Part shown: positions 46,414 to 55,385 of the stretch, in pieces
Position numbering within the stretch: the first letter of the stretch is position 1
How the letters are laid out: each line of letters opens with the position of its first letter
Assembly (NCBI GenBank): GCA_002495905.1
Contig: DAHJ01000035.1
Span: 37,478-101,477 of the forward strand
Source: Thaumarchaeota archaeon UBA223
GTDB taxonomy: Archaea; Thermoproteota; Nitrososphaeria; Nitrososphaerales; UBA57
Direction: 5' to 3'
Length of the DNA stretch: 64,000 bases
Position numbers and translations under genes: made by a program
Notes under the pieces: model-generated
The model's database searches: none
What the model was told of the DNA's origin: nothing
The model's input: only the letters and a program-made list of their open reading frames with translations

Positions 46414-47415
46414 TTACTCGTTAGTTTCATTAGGCCACATCATATCCCTGAGTGCTTTACCAGTAGATTCGATTTGGTGTGATGCAATTTTATCAAGATA
46501 TTTGTCAAATGACTGTTTTCCTTCTTTATTGTATATATTTCTCCATTCTTCGGCAAATTGGCCGGATTGAATTTCGTCAAGAATCTTTTCCATTTCGTCA
46601 CGAGATGATTTGTTTATAACTCGATCTCCTCTAGTTAATCCGCCGTATCGGGCAGTTTCGCTGACGCGTTGGTACATTCCTTTAAGACCATATTGTTGTA
46701 CCAAATCTACAATAAGTTTTAGTTCATGAAGACATTCGAAATAAGCAATTTCAGGTTGATATCCACGATTAACTAATGTTTCAAAAGCATTCTGAATTAA
46801 AGAAGCGGCGCCGCCACAAAGATCTGCTTGTTCTCCAAATAAATCAGTTTCAACTTCTTCTTTGAAAGTAGTTTGTAAAAGACCTGCACGTGCACATCCC
46901 AGACCTTTAGCAATAGCTAAAGCGCGATTCAATGCATTGTTAGTAAAGTCTTGCTCAACAGCAACTAAAGCAGGAGTTCCAAAATTATCAAGGTATAATT
47001 CTCGGACACGTCTTCCAGGGGCTTTTGGTGCAACCATTAGTACATCAACCCATTCAGGAGGTTTAACCCATTGATAATTTATAACTAAACCATGAGAAAA
47101 TCCTAATGCATTGCCTTCTTTAAGATGTGGAGCAATTTGTTCTTCGTAAACTTTAGGTTGTTGCATGTCAGGAACCAAAATATGAATTATATCAGATTCC
47201 TCAGCAGCCTTAGACACTTCCATTACTTTATGTCCATCGTCTACAGCTTGTTGCCAACTAGAACCTCCTTTTCGTAAACCAACAATAACATTAAGCCCAG
47301 AATCTTTTAGGTTAGATGCTTGTGCAGCACCTTGAATTCCATAACCAATAACGGAAATAGTCTCATTTTTTAATTGAGACATATCAACATCGTCATCATG
47401 CCAAACTTGAGCCAT
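46414..47415 (-). CDS. ilvC: Ketol-acid reductoisomerase (class I)
   Basis: It contains VIGYGIQGAAQASNLKDSG, MVAPKAPG and LFGEQADLCGG. Confidence 0.95.
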   Translation of the reverse strand: MAQVWHDDDVDMSQLKNETISVIGYGIQGAAQASNLKDSGLNVIVGLRKGGSSWQQAVDDGHKVMEVSKAAEESDIIHILVPDMQQPKVYEEQIAPHLKEGNALGFSHGLVINYQWVKPPEWVDVLMVAPKAPGRRVRELYLDNFGTPALVAVEQDFTNNALNRALAIAKGLGCARAGLLQTTFKEEVETDLFGEQADLCGGAASLIQNAFETLVNRGYQPEIAYFECLHELKLIVDLVQQYGLKGMYQRVSETARYGGLTRGDRVINKSSRDEMEKILDEIQSGQFAEEWRNIYNKEGKQSFDKYLDKIASHQIESTGKALRDMMWPNETNE

Positions 47416-47493
47416 GTTAAAGAAAATTCTTAATCTAATTATTAAGTCTATTTGTTATAATAATTTAAGACACCTATGTATTAGTTTCATATA

Positions 47494-48288
47494 GTGATTA
47501 ACGAACAAACTAAGCCAATTATTGAACATGTAGGAGAATTAAGAAATCGTTTCATAAGAATTATGATCTCAATATTAGTTTGTACTTTTGCATTGTTTGC
47601 ACTTTCTACAACAGATATTACACTAGATGGAAGGAATTTTACAGTACCATATCCAAACATTTACAATAACATAGCGTCTCAAATAATTACAGTTCTTCAG
47701 GAGATTGTTCTTCCTGAGTATGTAAGAGTGATTTTGACCACTCCAGGACAAGCATTATCAGCGCAGATATATATCTCAATCATGTGTGGAATAGTTATTT
47801 CCATTCCATTGATACTTTGGGAAATAATAGGATTTGTAAAACCAGGATTATATAAGAATGAAATAAAATTACTTAGGAATCTATTAGCACCATCTTCATT
47901 TCTATTCTTCATAGGTGCAGTATTTGCATTATTCGTAATGATTCCAATGACAATGGATTTTTTGTATAAATATGGAGTAGCGTTAGAGGCGGAAACATAT
48001 ATCACAATAAATGAATTTGTGTCATTCATAATGTTTTTTATGATGGCTTTCGGATTAGCATTTCAATTACCAATAGTGATGTGGTTAACAACAAGATTGG
48101 GATTCATCAGTAGTACATTTTGGAGAGATAATTGGAGATATACACTTGTATTTCTTGTAGCAATTGGAGCAGTAATTACACCAGATGCAAGTGGAATTAC
48201 AATGTGGTTAATCACAATTCCAATGATGCTATTATATTTTATTGGATATTTAGCTTCGAGAAATACTAAATCGACTAGAACAAAATAA
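47494..48288 (+). CDS. tatC: Sec-independent protein translocase TatC
   Basis: It has an IIEHVGELRNRFIR N-terminus, 6 TM helices and a VITPDASG segment. Confidence 0.9.
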   Translation: MINEQTKPIIEHVGELRNRFIRIMISILVCTFALFALSTTDITLDGRNFTVPYPNIYNNIASQIITVLQEIVLPEYVRVILTTPGQALSAQIYISIMCGIVISIPLILWEIIGFVKPGLYKNEIKLLRNLLAPSSFLFFIGAVFALFVMIPMTMDFLYKYGVALEAETYITINEFVSFIMFFMMAFGLAFQLPIVMWLTTRLGFISSTFWRDNWRYTLVFLVAIGAVITPDASGITMWLITIPMMLLYFIGYLASRNTKSTRTK

Positions 48289-48291
48289 TAA

Positions 48292-48358
48292 GGGACGAAC
48301 TCACTTACTCAAGATCCTCTTCATCAAATCAGAGGGCTTTGTCGTCATTGTTCATCCC
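48292..48358 (-). ncRNA. Candidate structured small RNA with C/D-box-like k-turn motifs
   Basis: The minus-strand RNA is GGGAUGAAC-AAUGACGA-CAAAGCCCU-CUGA-UU-UGAUGA-AGAGGAUCUUGAGUAA-GUGA-GUUCGUCCC. It has a 9-bp closing stem that is intact only on the minus strand (one G-U pair), and it is locally GC-enriched. The box spacing is not canonical. Confidence 0.3.
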
Positions 48359-48400
48359 AATGTATAATTACAAACATGTATATTTATTGATGAATTATTA

Positions 48401-48700
48401 TCAGGAATTCAATTTTCGTTTAATAGCTTCTCTTAGTTGTTCTTCGTCCTTTGTAGTGGCATCTATACCTAATGCAGATGCAGATTTCTGTAATTCATAT
48501 TTTGATACACTCTTGGACGGAGCAGTAGTTTCAAATTCAGAATAAGATTTAACCTCACGTTCGAAATCAGACTTACTTTTTTGAAATTCTCCCATAGCTT
48601 TTCCTAAGTTTCGTGCTAATTCGGGAAGTTTATCAGTTCCAACTAGAAATATTCCTATAGCAAGAACAATCCAAATCCATTCCATACCGCCAACAGCCAT
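48401..48700 (-). CDS. tatA: Twin-arginine translocase TatA/E
   Basis: It has an N-terminal TM helix followed by GTDKLPELARNLGKAMGEFQKS. Confidence 0.85.
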   Translation of the reverse strand: MAVGGMEWIWIVLAIGIFLVGTDKLPELARNLGKAMGEFQKSKSDFEREVKSYSEFETTAPSKSVSKYELQKSASALGIDATTKDEEQLREAIKRKLNS

Positions 48701-48751
48701 GAATTTGATTGTATTTGATAAAAGAAAAGGTTTTTTAATTTAGAACAATCA

Positions 48752-49273
48752 GTGAAATTAATGGCATTCATAAATACGATTCCAGAAATAACAATTTTTA
48801 TTATTGCACTCTCTATAGCAATTTCTATGGGTTCCGTATTAACGAGAAAGCAGTTTACTGATGTAGAACAAACAAAAAAACAGCAAAAAGAGGTGTCAGA
48901 ATATAATAAACAATTAAGAAGTGCAATGATGAAAAGGGACAAACCACTTGAAGCAAAATTGAGAAAGAAAGAGCCTCAAATGAAACAGATGCAAGCAAAA
49001 TTGGCAAGGGATAGTTTAAAACCTACATTCATATTCATAGTGCCACTTCTATTAGTGTGGACTTTCGTTTTGCCAGAGATAATTGGTCCTGATTGGTTTA
49101 ATGTACCTGCGGCGTCATCTCCAATTTCAATGAATTTGATAATGTTTGAAACGCAAAAAGTAACCTTAGAATCTGGAGAGGTTTATGAACACGGAGTTCC
49201 TACGTTTTTCTGGTATTTGATTAGTTCAATATCAGCACAAGGTATGATAATGAAATTAATGAAAATGACTTGA
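48752..49273 (+). CDS. DUF106 (EMC3/TMCO1/archaeal YidC-like) membrane protein
   Basis: 173 aa with the layout TM, basic coiled coil (KKQQKEVSEYNKQLRSAMMKRD...MKQMQAKLARDSLKP), then two TM helices. Confidence 0.7.
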   Translation: MKLMAFINTIPEITIFIIALSIAISMGSVLTRKQFTDVEQTKKQQKEVSEYNKQLRSAMMKRDKPLEAKLRKKEPQMKQMQAKLARDSLKPTFIFIVPLLLVWTFVLPEIIGPDWFNVPAASSPISMNLIMFETQKVTLESGEVYEHGVPTFFWYLISSISAQGMIMKLMKMT

Positions 49274-49279
49274 GATAAT

Positions 49280-50047
49280 TTAAAGAAGTACATTACCGCC
49301 GTCAACAACAATTGTTTGGCCATTTACAAAGCTAAAGTCATCAGTAACAACACTAGAACATATGTTAGCAACATCAATAGGTTCGCCCCAGCGTTTAACT
49401 GATGCTTCATTAGCGAGTTTTTGTTGGGTTTTATTATCAAAATGATCAAAAGTGGCAGAACTTTTGATATTGCCAAGGGCTAAACAATTTGTGCGAATAT
49501 TGTATTTGCCATATTCAAGAGCAAGATGTTTAGTAAGTCCCATAAGTCCTGATTTAGCAATAGTATAAGGAGAACCTTGACTATGACCTGCAATAGCAGG
49601 AGTAGATGAGATATTAACAATATTACCTGAATTAGATTCTTTCATAACAGGTATTACAGCTTTACAACATCGAATACTGCCAATTAAATCAGATTCTATA
49701 ATTTTTTTAAAACCTTCAATATCTATATCATTAAAAGAAGAATCCCAATATTCAGAAACTAGAGGAAAGCCAGCATTATTAATTAGAATGTCAATTTTTC
49801 CATAATGATTTTTTGTAGTTTGGATAAGATTAGAAACGTCGTCGTTTTTTGTAATGTCAGTTTTTATGGCAATAGGATCAGTTCCATAGGAACCAAGATC
49901 CTCGACAATGGCCTTTGCAGAAGATAGATTTCTTGAAGTAACAACTACATGAGCTCCTTTTTGAGAGAAAACTTCAGCTATAGATTTTCCTATTCCTTTA
50001 GAAGAACCAGTAACAATAGCAACTTTATTGGATAATTTATCCATCAA
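49280..50047 (-). CDS. Short-chain dehydrogenase/reductase (FabG-like)
   Basis: It has VTGSSKGIGKS (TGxxxGxG), NNAG and YTIAKSG (YxxxK). Confidence 0.85.
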   Translation of the reverse strand: MMDKLSNKVAIVTGSSKGIGKSIAEVFSQKGAHVVVTSRNLSSAKAIVEDLGSYGTDPIAIKTDITKNDDVSNLIQTTKNHYGKIDILINNAGFPLVSEYWDSSFNDIDIEGFKKIIESDLIGSIRCCKAVIPVMKESNSGNIVNISSTPAIAGHSQGSPYTIAKSGLMGLTKHLALEYGKYNIRTNCLALGNIKSSATFDHFDNKTQQKLANEASVKRWGEPIDVANICSSVVTDDFSFVNGQTIVVDGGNVLL

Positions 50048-50129
50048 AATTATAGGTAAAAAATTAGAATTTGAACTTTTCTATAACTTGTACAACGGAG
50101 ATTTATATCATTACTAATTATGAGGAATA

Positions 50130-50582
50130 ATGACACAAATCTATCCAGAGCCCACAGTAGGCGCCTTAATTATCAATAACAAGAAAGAAATTTTGTTAGT
50201 AAAATCACATAAATGGCTGAATAACAAATATTCAGTTCCTGGCGGACATGTTGAGATAGGAGAATCATTTGAAGAAGCAATAATCAGGGAAGTTAAAGAA
50301 GAAACAGGATTAAAAATAGTGCCAAAGAGATTATTCATGATTCAAGAATGTGTCCAGCCAAAAGAATTTTTCAAGAAAAAACATTTTATTTTCTTCGATT
50401 ATATTTGTCATACAGAAGATACAAGAGTGAAATTAGATAAAAAAGAGTTACAAGAATATAATTGGTTCAAGATTGATGAAATAAATGAGGATCTTTTAGA
50501 GTCATATACAAGAAATATGATATCAAAGTTTAAAGAAGACCAAGATATTAATAACAAAATAATTTATACAATTAAGAAATAA
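50130..50582 (+). CDS. NUDIX hydrolase
   Basis: It has the Nudix box GGHVEIGESFEEAIIREVKEETGL. Confidence 0.85.
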   Translation: MTQIYPEPTVGALIINNKKEILLVKSHKWLNNKYSVPGGHVEIGESFEEAIIREVKEETGLKIVPKRLFMIQECVQPKEFFKKKHFIFFDYICHTEDTRVKLDKKELQEYNWFKIDEINEDLLESYTRNMISKFKEDQDINNKIIYTIKK

Positions 50583-51536
50583 TTAAGATAGTTCTATGTT
50601 ATTACCAATTCCTTTGTTAATAGCTTCATTATATATTAAATTAGCAGTAGAGATATCTTCCAAAGACAGGCCCATGGATTTGAAGAGAGTAATATCATCA
50701 TTGTTAGTTCTAGTTGGAGTTTTTCCAAGTATAACGTCAGAAAGTTCAGCAAAAATATTGTCTTTAGTTATACCACCAGCTTCACGAAGAGCAGTATTAA
50801 TTTCGTCGACAACAACTTTACTTCTTTGAATTGTAGTAGAATCGACTTCAGAGCTGTCCTTAGTGTGTGCGCCAATACAATTAATATGAGTACCAGAATT
50901 AATCATGTTTCCATCAAATAATGGTAAAGGAGAACTAGTTGCAGTGACTAATATATCATTATCAAGTACTTTGTTGATATCTTGTTCAACATTTATTGGA
51001 ACGTCTAATTCGCGTTCGAGAGATTGAATGAATTCAGTTTTTTTATTTGCAGAAGGGCTATTAAGAATAATACGAGAAATATTACGAACAGAACAAATGG
51101 CCATTAATTGAAAACGAGATTGATAGCCTGAACCAAATATACCAACAGATTCGGAGTCTTTTCTAGACAAGTATTTGGTTGCAACTCCAGTAACTGCACC
51201 CGTACGCATACCAGTAATAAGTGAACCATCCATTATGCAAATAAGTTCGCCAGTATCAGCATCAGTAAGAGAAATTATGCCTTGAGTTGTAGGTTTATTC
51301 AACTTAGTATTTTCGGGAAAGACTGTTACAATTTTAGTACCTAAAGCTTTCATACCACTCATATGAGCAGTCATAACTCCATACCAGCCGTTTTTATCTT
51401 CGACGATAACAACGCCACGATCTGGCATCTTTACATTATTTTTAGATAATTCAATAAAGCTATTTTCCATGGTTTCTATATTAGACTCCATTGTCAACAA
51501 GGAAGAAACATCTTTATGCGTGAGTAAAAGAACCAT
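50583..51536 (-). CDS. Ornithine cyclodeaminase / mu-crystallin family enzyme (possibly archaeal alanine dehydrogenase-like)
   Basis: 317 aa with GIFGSGYQSRFQL (Rossmann) and the typical family length and layout. Confidence 0.75.
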   Translation of the reverse strand: MVLLLTHKDVSSLLTMESNIETMENSFIELSKNNVKMPDRGVVIVEDKNGWYGVMTAHMSGMKALGTKIVTVFPENTKLNKPTTQGIISLTDADTGELICIMDGSLITGMRTGAVTGVATKYLSRKDSESVGIFGSGYQSRFQLMAICSVRNISRIILNSPSANKKTEFIQSLERELDVPINVEQDINKVLDNDILVTATSSPLPLFDGNMINSGTHINCIGAHTKDSSEVDSTTIQRSKVVVDEINTALREAGGITKDNIFAELSDVILGKTPTRTNNDDITLFKSMGLSLEDISTANLIYNEAINKGIGNNIELS

Positions 51537-51544
51537 GTAATCAC

Positions 51545-52630
51545 CTAATTAGATACTTCATGAATAGCTTGAATCAATTTATTATTTTCTTCGGGTAAAC
51601 CGATATTAATTCTTATGAAATATTCAAGTCCTTTAGTTCCACTTACATCACGAACAACAATGCCTTTATGAAGCAATTTTTCATAAATATTTGAACCATT
51701 GTCATTAAGGAACTTCAATAGCATAAAATTAGATGAGCTTGGAATGATTTCAACGTTATTAATTTTTGATACACGTTCAATAAAAGATTTTTTTTCTGAT
51801 TGAATTTCTTTGACATTATCTTCAATCCAGTTAATATTCTGTAAAGCAATTCGTGATAAATTAACAGAAAGTTCTCCAACACTATTTGGAGGTCTTACTT
51901 TATTCAATAAAGAGGTAGTATCATTAGACGCAATAAGATAGCCAACTCTTAAACCTGCTAGTGCAAAAGCTTTAGAAAAAGTTCTAACCACAATAAGATT
52001 ATCATAACGAGTAACTAGATCTGATACAGTACTTCCTGTAAATTCAAAATAAGCTTCGTCGACAGCAATTGGAATATTGGAATTTTTTAATAGTTGTTCA
52101 AGAGAATTTTTATTTACAAGATTACCGGTAGGGTTGTTCGGACTACATAACACAATTAAACTTGTATCATCGTTGATATTTTCAGAGATTTGAGAGAAAT
52201 CATCGGAGAAATCAGGATTTCGAGGTATTTCTTTAACATTACCTCCAAGAATTTGTATCATTTTTTCGTAATAAGAATACGTAGGAGTAGAGAGAATGAC
52301 ATCACTAGAAGGTTCTATAAACAGAGAACCAATCATGAATAGACCTTCGTCTGCACCATTTGTTAAAATTAATTCATCAACATCACAAGAACAATATTCA
52401 GCAAGTAACTTACGGACTGAAATATAAGAAGAATCAGGATATCGATTAATTTCCATGTTATCAAATTCATTACCGAGTTGTTTGAGCCAATCTAGAGGAG
52501 TTTTATGGGAAACATTAGTATCAAATCGAACTATATCTTCTGGACGTTTTCCTATAGATTTAGCAATATCGTCAGTAGAGGGTTCCCAACTATATGGAAC
52601 AAAATCTTTCAGAAATTTCCTAATTTTCAT
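51545..52630 (-). CDS. hisC: Histidinol-phosphate aminotransferase (class II aminotransferase)
   Basis: It contains LCSPNNPTGN, VDEAYFEF and RTFSKAFALAGLRVGY (PLP lysine). Confidence 0.85.
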   Translation of the reverse strand: MKIRKFLKDFVPYSWEPSTDDIAKSIGKRPEDIVRFDTNVSHKTPLDWLKQLGNEFDNMEINRYPDSSYISVRKLLAEYCSCDVDELILTNGADEGLFMIGSLFIEPSSDVILSTPTYSYYEKMIQILGGNVKEIPRNPDFSDDFSQISENINDDTSLIVLCSPNNPTGNLVNKNSLEQLLKNSNIPIAVDEAYFEFTGSTVSDLVTRYDNLIVVRTFSKAFALAGLRVGYLIASNDTTSLLNKVRPPNSVGELSVNLSRIALQNINWIEDNVKEIQSEKKSFIERVSKINNVEIIPSSSNFMLLKFLNDNGSNIYEKLLHKGIVVRDVSGTKGLEYFIRINIGLPEENNKLIQAIHEVSN

Positions 52631-52671
52631 ATCGTATTATAACAATTACTAATTCATCATATTGTATTAAT

Positions 52672-53169
52672 TCATTTTGAAGAATTTTTATTTAGATTAA
52701 TTTTAAGAAGATCGAGATTAAGTAATGATGAATATGCAGAATGAGAAACTAACTGATCTTCGTCGGATGTAGCACGAATAAGAGCATCTCTAGCTGATTC
52801 ATTTCCAATAGAACCTAATGCAACGGCAGCTTCATGTCTTACTACATGATCAATATCTGTAAGCATAGCTTCAATCAAATAAGTAACGCATTGTGGAAAT
52901 CCCAATTGGCCAAGTGTAAAGGCAGCTTCGTGTCGAACTAAAGGAGTTGCATCATTTCTTAGAAGTTCAGACAATATAGAAACGACGGAATTATCACCAA
53001 TATCAGCCAAAACACAAACACAACGGGTTCGAACAGAAATGCTTTCGTCTTGTTGAAGCAGATTAATAAAGAAATCAAGGTCCCTTTGTTCAAAAGCTTT
53101 GTCACATTCAATTAATTTATCAATATCTCCGTCTTTATGGGTTACCAATTGATTCTTTTTTTGTATCAT
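52672..53169 (-). CDS. HEAT-repeat protein resembling one half of deoxyhypusine hydroxylase (two His-Glu motifs)
   Basis: It has PLVRHEAAFTLGQLG and, 32 residues later, VVRHEAAVALGSIGN. These are preceded by SVRTRCVCVLADIGD and followed by SDEDQLVSHSA. Confidence 0.55.
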   Translation of the reverse strand: MIQKKNQLVTHKDGDIDKLIECDKAFEQRDLDFFINLLQQDESISVRTRCVCVLADIGDNSVVSILSELLRNDATPLVRHEAAFTLGQLGFPQCVTYLIEAMLTDIDHVVRHEAAVALGSIGNESARDALIRATSDEDQLVSHSAYSSLLNLDLLKINLNKNSSK

Positions 53170-53229
53170 AATTATATGAGAATCAACAACAAAAGAATTT
53201 AAATAATTTATCAGATTGTTTGATATTAA

Positions 53230-54516
53230 TTAATTTTTAGAATAAATCATTATGTATTCATGTGAATATGATTTATTATGAGTGGTATTAGAAGAAACGA
53301 ACCTTCCAGTTTTGGGATCACGGGTTGTTGGAAGGCATTTAAATGGAATTTTTCTTTTGATGATTTTATCCTCAGTAAAACCAATAGTAGTAAGAATTTC
53401 ATCAAAGACTTGAGTGTTCGATATATCAACACCTCGTAGTGCAGTATTCCCTATAACCACGGCCATCTTTCCATTAGTTTTTAATAAATCATAGGATTTA
53501 TGAAAGAAATTTTGCATGTCTATAAAATAAGAATGTACAGTTTTGGACAAAGACTTGCTTGAGGAAAGCAAAGAATCTGCAATTAAACCACCAGTATGAC
53601 TATAAAGATTCTTATCGTCAGATTTACGATGAGAGGAGCCAATAAAATGTTTTTTTGAAGGAATATCTTTAAAAAAATCTTCCAAGAAAGACAAACTGAG
53701 AGAATGAATATCACGGTATTCGTAACTTATGACATATGGAGGAGAAGTAACAATTAAAGAACTCTTGTCAATAGTAGGGAGATTTTGCAGGTCTCCAACA
53801 AAGGCTCGTCGATAAAAATCAAGATTTTTGATTATCTTAGGAGACAGAGTATCGATTAATTGTTTATTTCTGATTTCCATTTTATTGACTTGAGAAAAAT
53901 ATCTAGATAACGGATCATTAACTCGATTAAGAAATTTAGTTTTATCTTTATGAGGTTTAACAGATCCATTATTCCAATAACTAGAAGTTTTTAGAATGTG
54001 AGAAAATGCACATAAGAAGAATATTTGTAATTTTCGTGGTTTGATTAATTTAATTTGAGATAAAAGATTATTTAAAATATTATAGGTTTCTTGATCAAAC
54101 CATTTTGATAATTCTTTAGGTATGTCATGATTTTCTTCGCTTGATGAGTTTTTAATATTATGATGTAGGGAAAGTTTAGTTTTAGAAATCTTAGAAGGGT
54201 CAAGAGGAGTTGTTTTTGCCATAGTAATCATGTGTGCAATAGGATTAACATCCGTACCTAAAGCTATTCTATTTTGAAGAATAGATTCAAGTATAGTTGA
54301 ACCTGAGCCATAAAAAGGATCACAAACTATGTCTCCGTCAAGAGAATTTTCAATTATTAAACGTCGTGCCAACTGAGGTATAAATTTAGCAGGATATCTG
54401 TGGTAACAATGTGTAAGATAGTTAGTATCTTTTTGTGTAAGATTATCAAAAGACCATGAATTTTCTACTTTAAACTTTGTAACAGGTTCAGAAAGACGTG
54501 ACCGGCTAATCGACAT
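53230..54516 (-). CDS. N4/N6 DNA methyltransferase (SPPY type) with a long insert between motif I and motif IV
   Basis: HRYPAKFIPQLARRLI...VCDPFYGSGSTILES (motif I) lies about 190 aa upstream of LIVTSPPYVISYEY (motif IV). Confidence 0.75.
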   Translation of the reverse strand: MSISRSRLSEPVTKFKVENSWSFDNLTQKDTNYLTHCYHRYPAKFIPQLARRLIIENSLDGDIVCDPFYGSGSTILESILQNRIALGTDVNPIAHMITMAKTTPLDPSKISKTKLSLHHNIKNSSSEENHDIPKELSKWFDQETYNILNNLLSQIKLIKPRKLQIFFLCAFSHILKTSSYWNNGSVKPHKDKTKFLNRVNDPLSRYFSQVNKMEIRNKQLIDTLSPKIIKNLDFYRRAFVGDLQNLPTIDKSSLIVTSPPYVISYEYRDIHSLSLSFLEDFFKDIPSKKHFIGSSHRKSDDKNLYSHTGGLIADSLLSSSKSLSKTVHSYFIDMQNFFHKSYDLLKTNGKMAVVIGNTALRGVDISNTQVFDEILTTIGFTEDKIIKRKIPFKCLPTTRDPKTGRFVSSNTTHNKSYSHEYIMIYSKN

Positions 54517-54612
54517 ACAGTTATCTTGATTTAGTTGTTTTATTCATATCAAGTCAAAATATTTTTCCATTAAAGTAAGTTTCAATTGAGTACACTTCAG
54601 CTAACCTGAAAT

Positions 54613-55383
54613 ATGTTAAAAACAATCAAAAATTACTTGAATAAAGAAGAAATCTCAAAAGTATTAAAAAATTCTTTCAGATTAAGTTTGTATGAAGCAA
54701 AAACATATCAAAGCCTCTTAGAAGGAAATGATAATGTTAAAACAATTTCTAGAGATTCAGGAGTTCCGTTACCAAGAATTTACGATACATTAAGAAGTTT
54801 AGAAGATAAAGGATTTGTAAAGAAGAAAAATAAGAAATATACACCTGTTGAACCAGAAATTGCTTTAGAAGGTCGTATAATCAATACAAGTTATGAATTT
54901 GAGAATATTGTAAAAAATCAAAAAGAATCTAAGAAGAATATTTTATCTGTGTTAAAAAAGAAACCAGTATCAGTAAATACTGATGTTGAATTTGAAACGT
55001 TAATTGGTGTTAATAATATTGGAAATAAATTCTTAGAAATTATGAAGAATTCAAAAAAAGTAATAATAAGTGTGAAAAAAGCCTTTGAAGTAAAAGAATT
55101 ATTTTTAAGTTTCTTGATTAATTCAAAAGTGAATAAGAAACAAATTACAATTCTAACTCCAAATTCATATAAAATATCAAAGACTGATGAAAAAATATTA
55201 GAAAATTCAAATGTAGAATTAAAGAAACGAGCTTATATTTTATTGGATTTGATGGCAACCGATCAGGGAGATGTAATAATAGGTGTTCCTGATGCATCTG
55301 GAGCTCCAGAACGTACAATTGCAATCTGGATTAAGAATAAAGAATTTTCAGAGTCATTAATGACTTCGCTAGTAGAAGAATAG
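54613..55383 (+). CDS. TrmB-family transcriptional regulator
   Basis: It has an N-terminal winged HTH (LSLYEAKTYQSLLEGNDNVKTISRDSGVPLPRIYDTLRSLEDKGFV) plus a C-terminal effector-like domain. Confidence 0.7.
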   Translation: MLKTIKNYLNKEEISKVLKNSFRLSLYEAKTYQSLLEGNDNVKTISRDSGVPLPRIYDTLRSLEDKGFVKKKNKKYTPVEPEIALEGRIINTSYEFENIVKNQKESKKNILSVLKKKPVSVNTDVEFETLIGVNNIGNKFLEIMKNSKKVIISVKKAFEVKELFLSFLINSKVNKKQITILTPNSYKISKTDEKILENSNVELKKRAYILLDLMATDQGDVIIGVPDASGAPERTIAIWIKNKEFSESLMTSLVEE

Positions 55384-55385
55384 AA

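Noticed and set aside
48339-48545. 68-aa plus-strand ORF spanning the tatC-tatA gap.
   Set aside because: Most of it is antisense to tatA, and its 5' part overlaps the structured RNA candidate. There is no motif or plausible start context.
52609-52660. Minus-strand AUGAUGA and, 52 nt on, CUGA, resembling a C/D box sRNA.
   Set aside because: There are no internal D'/C' boxes and no terminal stem. The element spans the hisC start codon and its first codons. The boxes are most likely chance occurrences in AT-rich sequence.
52672-54516. HEAT protein as the missing restriction partner of the adjacent methyltransferase.
   Set aside because: It contains only HEAT repeats and has no nuclease motifs (PD-(D/E)xK, HNH or GIY-YIG). 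The His-Glu repeat pattern points to a different function.
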